DNA of 63,949 nucleotides, the filler included, from Octopus bimaculoides (lineage: Eukaryota), in assembly GCF_001194135.2 (NCBI RefSeq). It is 5 parts of 4 records of this genome, joined end to end, with 100 filler letters (N's around TTAATTAATTAA, not from the genome) between each part and the next. Parts side by side here need not be neighbours in the genome. Positions count along the whole stretch, not along the records: positions 48,869 to 57,215 come from NC_068986.1; positions 57,316 to 63,949 come from NC_068981.1; 3 more parts are not named here. One strand, given 5' to 3'. A program made the translations under genes and the position numbers. Below are positions 52,838 to 63,949 of this stretch, piece after piece. Under the pieces are notes generated by a model. It searched no databases, was not told the DNA's origin, and worked only from the letters and a program-made list of their open reading frames with translations. The first letter of the stretch is position 1. The number at the start of each line of letters is the position of its first letter.

Positions 52838-54030
52838 TAGTGTATATATGGATGGGTACGAAAATGGGCCCCACCTTTGCTAACCTAGTCATGGGATATC
52901 TAGAAATTAGTCTTTATTGTAAGGTTCTAGAAAAATACAGCTGCCCATTCTCCCTCTACATAGAAAATAACTGGAAGAGATACATGGATGACTGTTTCAT
53001 TCTTTGGCATGAAAGTATAGAGAGACTTAAAAGAATTCCAAGCACTTATAAATGGACTTGACGTAAACGTTCAATTCACGATGGAATATAGCAATCAACA
53101 ACTTCCCTTCCTCAATATCCTCATTAAGAAATCTAACAACGTAATAGAAACAGATATATACTATAAGCCCACGGAGTCCAAGCAATATTTACCGTTCAAC
53201 TCATGCTACCCCAGACACACCAGAATGAATATCTCCTTCAATCTAGCAAAAAGGATATGTACTATAGTTTCTAATGCAAGTACCAGAGACACATGGCTAC
53301 ATGAACGAAAGGATACACTCATCACCAGGAACTACCCACCTTCACTAATTGACATATGCTTTCAACGTGCCCTACAACTCAACATCCATGAACTCAGACA
53401 TCCCAAATTAAAGAAGGATTTACAACCAAAAGCCCTACCATACATCTCCACACACAACCCTCTTAACAATGAAGCTTTCGACACCATCCTTCAAAACATT
53501 CCCCTGCTAAAAAAGGACCACAGAATCCTCCAAACACACACCGTCATAAAACGAATGAGACAACCCAAATCTATGAAAAGTCTCCTAGCACAAGCCTGAA
53601 TACACTCAACAACACAGAAGCCGTCAGTAAAAAAATATGGAACACCCAACTGTGAGATATGTGTCAATTTAATTGAGGGATCAGAGTTCTCCTTCAAACA
53701 GGGACAACATTTCACGGTCAAAAGCAGCTTCACATGTGCTTCGGAGAACCTGATATATGCACTAACCTGCTCTGGGTGTCAAGAGCAATACATAAGCCAA
53801 ACAAAAAGGATGGCTCTGCACAGATCCCAGATCAAAGATCCCCCAAAACAGAAAAATAGCATTCAGCCAACACATCGACATTTGCGCCAATAACAAAAAT
53901 CCAAGCTTCAAAATTTTTCCCCTCTACCAATTCAGGGACGATACAACCTGTAGCCAATGAATTAGTAAAGAGACTCTCTTTAATACAAAATACAGACCCC
54001 TTTTGAACGCATCTACAACAAACGACATAT
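52838..54030 (+). mobile_element. Penelope-like retroelement relic (RT, thumb and GIY-YIG endonuclease), 5'-truncated and frameshifted
   Basis: 'MGTKMGPTFANLVMGYLE', 'WKRYMDDCF', 'LPFL..TDIYYKPT..QYL.F.S', then CxxC and 'NLIYALTCSGCQEQYISQT' at about 53650-53800. Confidence 0.9.
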
Positions 54031-54859
54031 CTACCACAGCCTTAGAATAACACAAACACACATGCAAATATTAAAAATGATACATTTGTGGAGAACGACC
54101 GTGCGAACCAAAAGAGATGGCAACAAACGGAAGAGGCTCCTTTTAACGCGTCGCACGGTCGACACAATAACATAATATATGACATGCGAGGGCTCACATG
54201 TGTAATGCAAGGAAATGCCAGTATGGAAAGAGAGAGAGGGACAACCGTTAGATATATAAAGAGTAAGTTTTATTAGGGTAGTCAACTGTGTGTCTGTGTG
54301 TGCATGCATGCGGCGATATAAGTAATACAATACATAAGACAGGCCTTCTTGTACAAGAGTATGTATACAATAAATGTGTGTATATGTGAGTGAGATATAC
54401 AGAACATGGAATAAGAGTCTGTACAGTGACGATAAGCATTGGAACACATAGATAGAGAAATACCAGTTCATAGAAGAGTTTCACAGTAGATAGAATGTTT
54501 GTACGCAAGAAGTTGTGGCCGAAGAGCAGAGCTGTGGTGTCACATGTTGTGTGTGAAGTTGAGCATCGATGCTGAGCTGGCCACTTGGTACAGAAGGTTC
54601 TTGCAGGTTGTTCTGACTGTTATCTTCGTGGTGGAAACAATCCACACGAACAGCGTGGAGAAGGAACCAAGGTTACTGTTGTTGGTGTGTACTCTGGTGG
54701 TGGTGTTGGCGCTGGCAACGGGACTGTAGTAGACAGTAGATTGGTGGTGATGACGTCGTCGCTGGAAACTGGCCGGTTAGTGTGTTCTGTGAGATGATCA
54801 ACAACCAGACCAGTAAGAGGTCTGAAGTCGAAGACAAACTGGCGTGTATCAAACAGGGT

Positions 54860-54998
54860 TATTTATAGATAAAAAAGGGCTCACCGGAAAAGGCAGAAAG
54901 ACTCTCTCACGTGACCTTAACAGAAGGCCATGATTGGTTGGTATGCACCCTGGTGCGAAACAGAACTGTTGACAAATGCCGCGCAAATAAGAGCCAAT
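54860..54998 (-). promoter_or_regulatory. CCAAT / E-box / TATA cluster, probably a retroelement promoter
   Basis: Minus-strand order CCAAT (54933-54937), TCACGTGA (54907-54914), TATAAATA (54860-54867); a second CCAAT on plus at 54994. Confidence 0.35.
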
Positions 54999-56319
54999 CA
55001 GGGTGGTGGACACAACAGTCCAAGCGGGCCAAAGCTAGATGTTAGCCGCTACGTTATCATTCGTAAATGAATTCCTGAGTGAGGAGGTTCCGCTACACAT
55101 TCAAGAGATACCCAAGAATTCATTGGAAAACAATCCCAATCACTGCTATAATCCACGAGTCACTTTTAGGTCACTTGACCATTTAACATCCTACTACTAT
55201 CATACCACCTGCATTCCCTTATTATATTCTTTCTTCTCTTTCTCCTTCTTCTTCATCTTCTTCCTCTCCGCCACCTCCTTCCTCACTTCACTACTATTGC
55301 TGTTTAGAATAACACCTACGCAAATCTTATAAACAACACATTCAAAAGAGTTGTCTCAAGAATTCAATCACTACTACCATCCACAAGAAGTCACTTTCAG
55401 GGCACTTGACCATTTAACATCCTACTACTGTCATGGCACTCCCACNNNNNNNNNNNNNNNNNNNNNNNNNNNNNNNNNNNNNNNNNNNNNNNNNNNNNNN
55501 NNNNNNNNNNNNNNNNNNNNNNNNNNNNNNNNNNNNNNNNNNNNNNNNNNNNNNNNNNNNNNNNNNNNNNNNNNNNNNNNNNNNNNNNNNNNNNNNNNNN
55601 NNNNNNNNNNNNNNNNNNNNNNNNNNNNNNNNNNNNNNNNNNNNNNNNNNNNNNNNNNNNNNNNNNNNNNNNNNNNNNNNNNNNNNNNNNNNNNNNNNNN
55701 NNNNNNNNNNNNNNNNNNNNNNNNNNNNNNNNNNNNNNNNNNNNNNNNNNNNNNNNNNNNNNNNNNNNNNNNNNNNNNNNNNNNNNNNNNNNNNNNNNNN
55801 NNNNNNNNNNNNNNNNNNNNNNNNNNNNNNNNNNNNNNNNNNNNNNNNNNNNNNNNNNNNNNNNNNNNNNNNNNNNNNNNNNNNNNNNNNNNNNNNNNNN
55901 NNNNNNNNNNNNNNNNNNNNNNNNNNNNNNNNNNNNNNNNNNNNNNNNNNNNNNNNNNNNNNNNNNNNNNNNNNNNNNNNNNNNNNNNNNNNNNNNNNNN
56001 NNNNNNNNNNNNNNNNNNNNNNNNNNNNNNNNNNNNNNNNNNNNNNNNNNNNNNNNNNNNNNNNNNNNNNNNNNNNNNNNNNNNNNNNNNNNNNNNNNNN
56101 NNNNNNNNNNNNNNNNNNNNNNNNNNNNNNNNNNNNNNNNNNNNNNNNNNNNNNNNNNNNNNNNNNNNNNNNNNNNNNNNNNNNNNNNNNNNNNNNNNNN
56201 NNNNNNNNNNNNNNNNNNNNNNNNNNNNNNNNNNNNNNNNNNNNNNNNNNNNNNNNNNNNNNNNNNNNNNNNNNNNNNNNNNNNNNNNNNNNNNNNNNNN
56301 TGGCACAGGTGCCATCACG

Positions 56320-57215
56320 ATTTCACTTTCGCTTGCCCCAACAGGTCTTCGCAAGCCGAGTTTCATGTCCAATGAAGGAGATGACGTTGGCATGGGGGCC
56401 AGTCGTCGAATTTAGTTCGATTTCGATTTCACTTGCCTCAACAGGTCTTCGCAAGTGGAGTTTAGTGTCCAATGAAGGAAGGTACACATAAGCGGGCTGG
56501 CTACACACCTGGCAGAGGCCTTGGATTTAGGTCTCACTTGGCTTGCAGGGTCTTCTCACGCACAGCATATTTCCAAAGGTCTCAGTCACAAGTCATCATC
56601 TCGGTGAGACCCAATGTTCAAAGGTTGTGCCTCACCGCCTCATCCCATGTCTTCCTGGGCCTACCTCTTCCACAGGCTCCCTCAACTGCTAGGGTGTGGC
56701 ACTTTTTCGCACAGCTATCCTCATGGTATGGTCATGTGGTGAGAATGGTCTCACCACATGACCATACCAGCGCAATCATCTCTCTTGCACACCACAACTG
56801 ATGCTTCTTAGGTTTGACTTTTCTCTCAACGTACTTACACTCTGTCGAGTATGCACACTGACATAACACATCCATCAGAGCATACTGGCTTCATTCCTTG
56901 CGAGGTTACGCATGACCTCAGCAGTCGCGGCCCATGTTTCACTGCCATGAAGCATGGCTGTTCGTACACATGCGTCATACAGTCTGCCTTTTACTCTGAG
57001 TGAGAGGCCCTTTGTCGCCAGCAGGGGTAAGAGCTCTCTGAACTTTGCCCATGCTATTCTTATTCTAGCAGCTACACTTTCAGCGCACCCTCCCCCACTT
57101 CTAACTTGGTCACCTAGATAACGGAAGCTATCAACCACTTCTAGTTTTTCTCCCTGGAATGTGGCCAAAGTTGTTTTCTGCACATTTTCAGTGTTTATTG
57201 CTCCTGAACATCTGC
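56320..57215 (-). mobile_element. RTE-clade LINE 3' fragment with tandemly repeated 3' UTR units
   Basis: ORF 56875-57183 'VVDSFRYLGD...AWAKFRELLPLL...LHGSETW'; about 90-bp repeated units at 56329-56470. Confidence 0.88.
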
Positions 57216-58529
57216 NNNNNNNNNNNNNNNNNNNNNNNNNNNNNNNNNNNNNNNNNNNNTTAATTAATTAANNNNNNNNNNNNNNNNNNNNNNNNNNNNN
57301 NNNNNNNNNNNNNNNATATATACATATTTATATATAAATATATATGAATATATGTAATATAATATATATATATATAGTGAGAGAGAGGAGGTAAAGAGAG
57401 AGAGAAAGAGAGGGAGCGAGAGAGAGAGACAGAGAGAGAGAGACAGAGAGAAAATAACAAAATAAATACTAAAAAAATATAAGCAGACAGACTTATATTG
57501 AATTGTAAGTGGCGATATAGCGGTATAGACGAACAAATAGATATGTGTGCTGTGCTAGCAATGGCGAGAGGATGTAATTGCATTTCAATGCGTCTCTCTC
57601 ACTGTCTGACCGTATGTGGTATCTATCCATACATTGTATGTGTGGTGCTCTGCTCTTCATTGTGTTTGAAGCTGAAGTTTGCTTTCTGTCTGTGCAGAAG
57701 TATGCGTGAATGCGAGCGTGAATGCGAGTGACCGTAAGTGTGTGTTTACCATCTTCGATGAATGCCGACCTCTTTCTCCCGTATGTGAGTAGTGTGTTCG
57801 TTGTGTGNNNNNNNNNNNNNNNNNNNNNNNNNNNNNNNNNNNNNNNNNNNNNNNNNNNNNNNNNNNNNNNNNNNNNNNNNNNNNNNNNNNNNNNNNNNNN
57901 NNNNNNNNNNNNNNNNNNNNNNNNNNNNNNNNNNNNNNNNNNNNNNNNNNNNNNNNNNNNNNNNNNNNNNNNNNNNNNNNNNNNNNNNNNNNNNNNNNNN
58001 NNNNNNNNNNNNNNNNNNNNNNNNNNNNNNNNNNNNNNNNNNNNNNNNNNNNNNNNNNNNNNNNNNNNNNNNNNNNNNNNNNNNNNNNNNNNNNNNNNNN
58101 NNNNNNNNNNNNNNNNNNNNNNNNNNNNNNNNNNNNNNNNNNNNNNNNNNNNNNNNNNNNNNNNNNNNNNNNNNNNNNNNNNNNNNNNNNNNNNNNNNNN
58201 NNNNNNNNNNNNNNNNNNNNNNNNNNNNNNNNNNNNNNNNNNNNNNNNNNNNNNNNNNNNNNNNNNNNNNNNNNNNNNNNNNNNNNNNNNNNNNNNNNNN
58301 NNNNNNNNNNNNNNNNNNNNNNNNNNNNNNNNNNNNNNNNNNNNNNNNNNNNNNNNNNNNNNNNNNNNNNNNNNNNNNNNNNNNNNNNNNNNNNNNNNNN
58401 NNNNNNNNNNNNNNNNNNNNNNNNNNNNNNNNNNNNNNNNNNNAGGAGGAGGAGGAGGAGGAGGAAGGGAAGTGGAGGAGGTAATGGAAATTGAATGGCG
58501 ATGATGATTTGTTTTTTTTCTGTTTTTTT

Positions 58530-58690
58530 TTTTTTTTCGCCGACTGCGCATGCAAGCTGTAAATGAGATGCTTCACAGTTTTCAGAAACCGAGCAGTGAC
58601 TCGATGACGTCACTAGTTAAGGAGCACTTTTACTGCAAAGTCGAACGCAGCAGACAGAACAACTTGAAGGTGCTTTACCGCTAGGATAAG
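58530..58690. promoter_or_regulatory. Candidate CpG-rich promoter or enhancer
   Basis: NRF1-like TGCGCATGCA (58545-58554), palindromic CRE TGACGTCA (58605-58612) and TGACTC near 58597, in non-repetitive-looking sequence. Confidence 0.35.
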
Positions 58691-58807
58691 CAATTACATT
58701 TTTTTTTCAACATACATGCTTACATGCATACGTATATACACACACAAACGTATATACATGCATACATATACACGCATACATACATACATACACATAGCTA
58801 GATTGAC

Positions 58808-58862
<55 letters not shown>

Positions 58863-58939
58863 CAAATGGATGGATGAATGTTTATATATATATATGTGTG
58901 TGTGTGTAGATAAATAGATATATACATACATAAATAGAT

Positions 58940-58970
<31 letters not shown>

Positions 58971-59244
58971 TATTTATCGATTGAGTGGTTGATTGATTGA
59001 TAGATGGATAGAAAAAAGAGAGCAGGTGGTGACTGCATGGATAGACATACAAATATATATACACCTGAATCTAAACTTACAGACATACATACATGGAAAT
59101 CTTTGAAGACACACACACATACACTCGCGCGCTCACACACACATACACTCGCGCGCTCACACACACATACGTATGTGTGTGTGTGTTTGTGTGTGTATGT
59201 GTATTTACGTATGTATATATAGATGGATGGATGAATGAATGAAG

Positions 59245-59575
<331 letters not shown>

Positions 59576-60254
59576 CTATATGCATGTATATGAATTACGT
59601 TGTTGTTTTCGTTAAGGCTTGAATCATCGCTAATGGGACAAAACTATCATCAAAGATACCAATCCATAGTTATACCATCACTGTGCATTGTTTGTACCCT
59701 TTTCTCTTAAACAGAAATATTAGCTTCCCAGGCTTATATTATCTTAGTGCACTTCGGTTCTTATTGAAAATGAAGCGTACTAACTTACATGATGGCCTGG
59801 TGTGATTTGAGAGATATTTGTCTTCTAAAACTATCTGACCGACTGATCACACTGTGGTTTCTTCATTGGTTCATGTTCAAGTTGTTATTGTTGCTTTTAT
59901 TGTTTAGCCCCAGAGGAACCGTGATTATACAAAACAATGATGAATGACATTTCACCTTAATTGTTCCGACCATTAAAGGTATCTATGACCACATCATCTA
60001 ATGTACACATTCTCATTTTTTTTTTTTTTAAGAATGTTTGATTTAGGGGAAATTAGTGACTATTTTCAGCATGTCACAGATGGCGAGTCCTTAAGCTCTG
60101 ATAGAATCGTAAAAATGTCATCGTGACATGCAGCATGTTTTGTGCACTTAAAACCGTACGGAACCCGCCTATGTCCAAGATTGAATCACAATCGATTTCT
60201 TCCCGACAGAGATTGAGAGTAAAAAAAGGGGAAAAAAAGATAATGATAATAATA

Positions 60255-60468
60255 ATAATTTCTACTAAAGGAACAAGCCTGAAATTTGGGGAGAAAGAGA
60301 CAAGTCGATTATATTGAGCTCAGTGCATAACTGGTACTCATCTTATTGAACCCGAAAGGATGAAAGGCAAAGTTGACCTCGCCAGAATTTGAACTCAGTA
60401 CGTAGCGGCAGAGGAAATACCGCTAAGCATTTCGCCCGATGTGCTAACGATTCTGCCAGCTCGCCGCC

Positions 60469-60469
<1 letters not shown>
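60255..60469 (-). mobile_element. tRNA-derived SINE (family D) with the central gcctttcatcctttcggg domain
   Basis: Other copies at about 600-850, 1300-1450, 13990-14205, 15760-15978, 22890-23100, 23130-23236, 25250-25460, 42880-43085 and 61545-61700. Confidence 0.75.
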
Positions 60470-60538
<69 letters not shown>

Positions 60539-60539
60539 T

Positions 60540-60614
<75 letters not shown>
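60470..60614. repeat. (AAT)n/(AAC)n microsatellite between two SINE tails
   Basis: Direct inspection. Confidence 0.95.
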
Positions 60615-61073
60615 CATTTACTCTTTTACTCTCTCTCTCTCTTTTACTTGTTTCAGTCATTTAACTGTGGCCATGCTGAAGCACCGCNNNNNNNNNNNNN
60701 NNNNNNNNNNNNNNNNNNNNNNNNNNNNNNNNNNNNNNNNNNNNNNNNNNNNNNNNNNNNNNNNNNNNNNNNNNNNNNNNNNNNNNNNNNNNNNNNNNNN
60801 NNNNNNNNNNNNNNNNNNNNNNNNNNNNNNNNNNNNNNNNNNNNNNNNNNNNNNNNNNNNNNNNNNNNNNNNNNNNNNNNNNNNNNCATACATATATATA
60901 TATATATACATATATACGACGGGCTTCTTTCAGTTTCTATCTACCAAATCTACTCACAAGGCTTTGGTCGGCCCGAGGCTATAGTAGAAGACACTTGCCC
61001 AAGGTGCCACGCAGTGGGAATGAACCCAGAACCATGTGGTTGGTAAGCAAGCTACTTACCACACAGCCACTCC

Positions 61074-61127
<54 letters not shown>

Positions 61128-61129
<2 letters not shown>

Positions 61130-61540
61130 GCACCAGATAATTGACTTTACAATCCCAAAAGATGAAAAATTAATATGAGAGGTATAGAAAAAATAGCGTA
61201 CTACCAGGACCTAGCTATTGAATTACAGAGACTATGGAAAGTGCAGGTAAAATGTATCCTGTTAAGAACTATCCCTAAAGATGTGAACAGATGAACAGAG
61301 AAAATAGGCATAAAACCCAGTTAAGTACAGCTCCAGAAAACAGTGTTAATAGGGACAGTTATGATACTTAGGCGGGTTCTTGGTTTCTAAGGTTACTTGT
61401 TGCAACCCAATCGGAGGATTCTTGGCATCTAAGGCTACATGTTGTAGCCCGATGTTAGGATTCTTTTCTTTTCCAACAGTCTAATCTTTTGAGTGTATAT
61501 GAAAATAATAAATAAATAAATAAATAATAACAATGATAAA
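61128..61540 (+). mobile_element. 3' end of an R4/Dong-like retrotransposon with an (AAT)n tail
   Basis: 'KIAYYQDLAIELQRLWKVQVKCI' and 'LQKTVLIGTVMILRRVLGF*'. Confidence 0.7.
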
Positions 61541-61873
61541 CGCAAAGGGGGCAAAGCCAGTATTGACTAGTGTTTTATTTGTAGATCAATAAGATAGAAA
61601 GACAATATTGACCTTGCTGTGATTTGAACTCATTGGAGAGATCTCTAGCTTACGTACACCAAATTTCATCCGATGTTCAACTAACTCTGTCAAATCACCG
61701 TTTTAATTCCCACTACCAGATCAACTAAAGGTCAGGGTTCAGTTATCAAGATGTTATTAAAACTACGCTAACCTGAAAAATATAGCTAAATTTGTTGAAT
61801 GCTAATAAGTTTAAACTTTAAACTTTAGCATCATATATCGTGTCCTCTACCGTGGCATCGTGCGATGCTGAGT

Positions 61874-61917
<44 letters not shown>

Positions 61918-62468
61918 NNNNNNNNNNNNNNNNNNNNNNNNNNNNNNNNNNNNNNNNNNNNNNNNNNNNNNNNNNNNNNNNNNNNNNNNNNNNNNNNNNN
62001 NNNNNNNNNNNNNNNNNNNNNNNNNNNNNNNNNNNNNNNNNNNNNNNNNNNNNNNNNNNNNNNNNNNNNNNNNNNNNNNNNNNNNNNNNNNNNNNNNNNN
62101 NNNNNNNNNNNNNNNNNNNNNNNNNNNNNNNNNNNNNNNNNNNNNNNNNNNNNNNNNNNNNNNNNNNNNNNNNNNNNNNNNNNNNNNNNNNNNNNNNNNN
62201 NNNNNNNNNNNNNNNNNNNNNNNNNNNNNNNNNNNNNNNNNNNNNNNNNNNNNNNNNNNNNNNNNNNNNNNNNNNNNNNNNNNNNNNNNNNNNNNNNNNN
62301 NNNNNNNNNNNNNNNNNNNNNNNNNNNNNNNNNNNNNNNNNNNNNNNNNNNNNNNNNNNNNNNNNNNNNNNNNNNNNNNNNNNNNNNNNNNNNNNNNNNN
62401 NNNNNNNNNNNNNNNNNNNNNNNNNNNNNNNNNNNNNNNNNNNNNNNNNNNNNNNNNNNNNNNNNNNN

Positions 62469-62514
<46 letters not shown>

Positions 62515-62515
62515 G

Positions 62516-62568
<53 letters not shown>

Positions 62569-62836
62569 TTAGAAAGGAAGCAGGATTAATATCGAATAGC
62601 CATCTTTCTATCCTACTCAACGTGGATGAATTATTAGAATGCTGAATACTAAGGTATTCACCTACAGAGACCTGATAGAGATGCTAAGAGCACACATATA
62701 TCGCTAGCAGACACTGAGGAAGCGCAGTACGCTGAAATCACGTGATCTAGCAGTTTCAGCGTTTATGACATACGGTATGATCTGGGGATTATTTAGCTGC
62801 CCTTTCTAAGAAGGTGTACTACCACTTACATACATA

Positions 62837-63949
62837 CAGGGGTTGGACAATATAATAGAAACACCTTAAAATTTCAATCAGATTTATTCTAATATGGGGT
62901 AGGACCACCCTTGGCAGTAATTACAGCTTGAATTCTACGAGGTATGGACTCCTACAAAGTTTGAATTGTTTCCAAAGGAATTTTTGTCCATTCTTGTTTT
63001 ACTGAAATGCACCATTAAATGTTCAATAATATTGAGATCTGGGGACTGTGGTGGCCAGATAAGATGTTCAACTTCACTAGAATGTTCCTCGTGCCATTCA
63101 GTAGCAACTTTAGCTGTGGGAATTGGTGCATTATCATCCTGAAAGATTGCGTTTCCCTCCGGAAACAGTTCCGCAACCAGAGGATGAATTTGATCAGATA
63201 AAATGCTTAAATAGTCTTGACTATTAATTCTGCCACGAAGGGAAACCATTGGGCCGACGGATTTCCAAGATATAGCCTCCCAGATCATCACAGATCCTCC
63301 TCCCTGTTTAACAGTTGGAAGAAGGCAGTCTGGGTCAAATGCTTCTTTTGGCTGTCTCCACACGTATACTCGGCCGGTGGTCGGAAATAAGGTAAAAGAT
63401 TACTCATCCGAGAAAATAACATTCTTCCACTACTCTAGGGACCAATTCTATAGGTTTTTAATCCACTCTAAACGCTTTCTACAGCACCTGGTGAATAGAT
63501 TTTGTGGAAACTGGGTTCTTGAGGTAGTCATTAAGCTCTGCAGTAATATTGGGAGCTGAACTTTTGTTATCCTTTCTAATAATGCGTATAAGAGTCCGAC
63601 GGTCCCTATCTGAAAGATTTGGTTTTCTTCCGGAGTTTTGTTTCGACGAGAAGGTTTTTCCCTCTTTCCCAAAGACTATCATTACTTTCGAGACAATACT
63701 TCTTGATACACCAAACATTGTTTTCGTTATGCTAGCGCCTGCGATACGAGCACCAACAATTTGACCACTTTGAAAGCATGATAGATCTACCATTTTAATG
63801 AATTTTAATTAACTTTTTCTGATGATATCTGAAAAGAAACAGCAATTTTAGCAAAACATATTAAGCAAGACTAACAATAAATCAAAATACATAAAAATAA
63901 AAAAAAGCTGTTGACGGTTTTACAGAGATTTCAAAATTATGATGCTATG
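62837..63949 (-). mobile_element. Tc1-family DNA transposon, frameshifted transposase, running off the window end
   Basis: TA|CAGGGGTTGGACAA terminus. ORFs 63479-63793, 63448-63672 and 62935-63363 give the N-terminal HTH and the DDE motifs 'FQDDNAP' and 'WPPQSPDLNIIEHL'. Confidence 0.9.

Overview
AT-rich animal genomic scaffold with many N gaps. The tRNA-derived SINE families, RTE tails and dense AC/AT/TACA/GATA/AAT microsatellites resemble an octopus or other coleoid cephalopod (inference). The only host gene I can support is the 5' part of a THADA (Trm732-like) gene on the minus strand: 11 phase-compatible coding exons from 38985 down to 17000, plus one weak candidate exon. Its start exon is unresolved, and I find no further exons beyond an artificial scaffold join at about 16.1 kb. 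The rest is transposon debris: Tc1 and mariner relics, a Penelope-like RT/GIY-YIG relic, R4/Dong-like and RTE LINE relics, a Helitron relic, a hAT MITE with an 8-bp TSD, a solo LTR with a 5-bp TSD, and many SINEs. The most unusual signals are (i) several degenerate hammerhead-ribozyme folds in Penelope-type non-coding elements, one fused to a tRNA-like head in an inverted arrangement, (ii) a ~505-bp near-perfect palindrome and a 145-bp intronic hairpin, and (iii) CpG decay that tracks the THADA gene body. Four 100-bp gaps carry a TTAATTAATTAA linker and mark artificial joins. Most ORF-track entries are microsatellite or N-gap artefacts. There is no CRISPR array, rRNA or intact tRNA gene. All alignments were made by eye.
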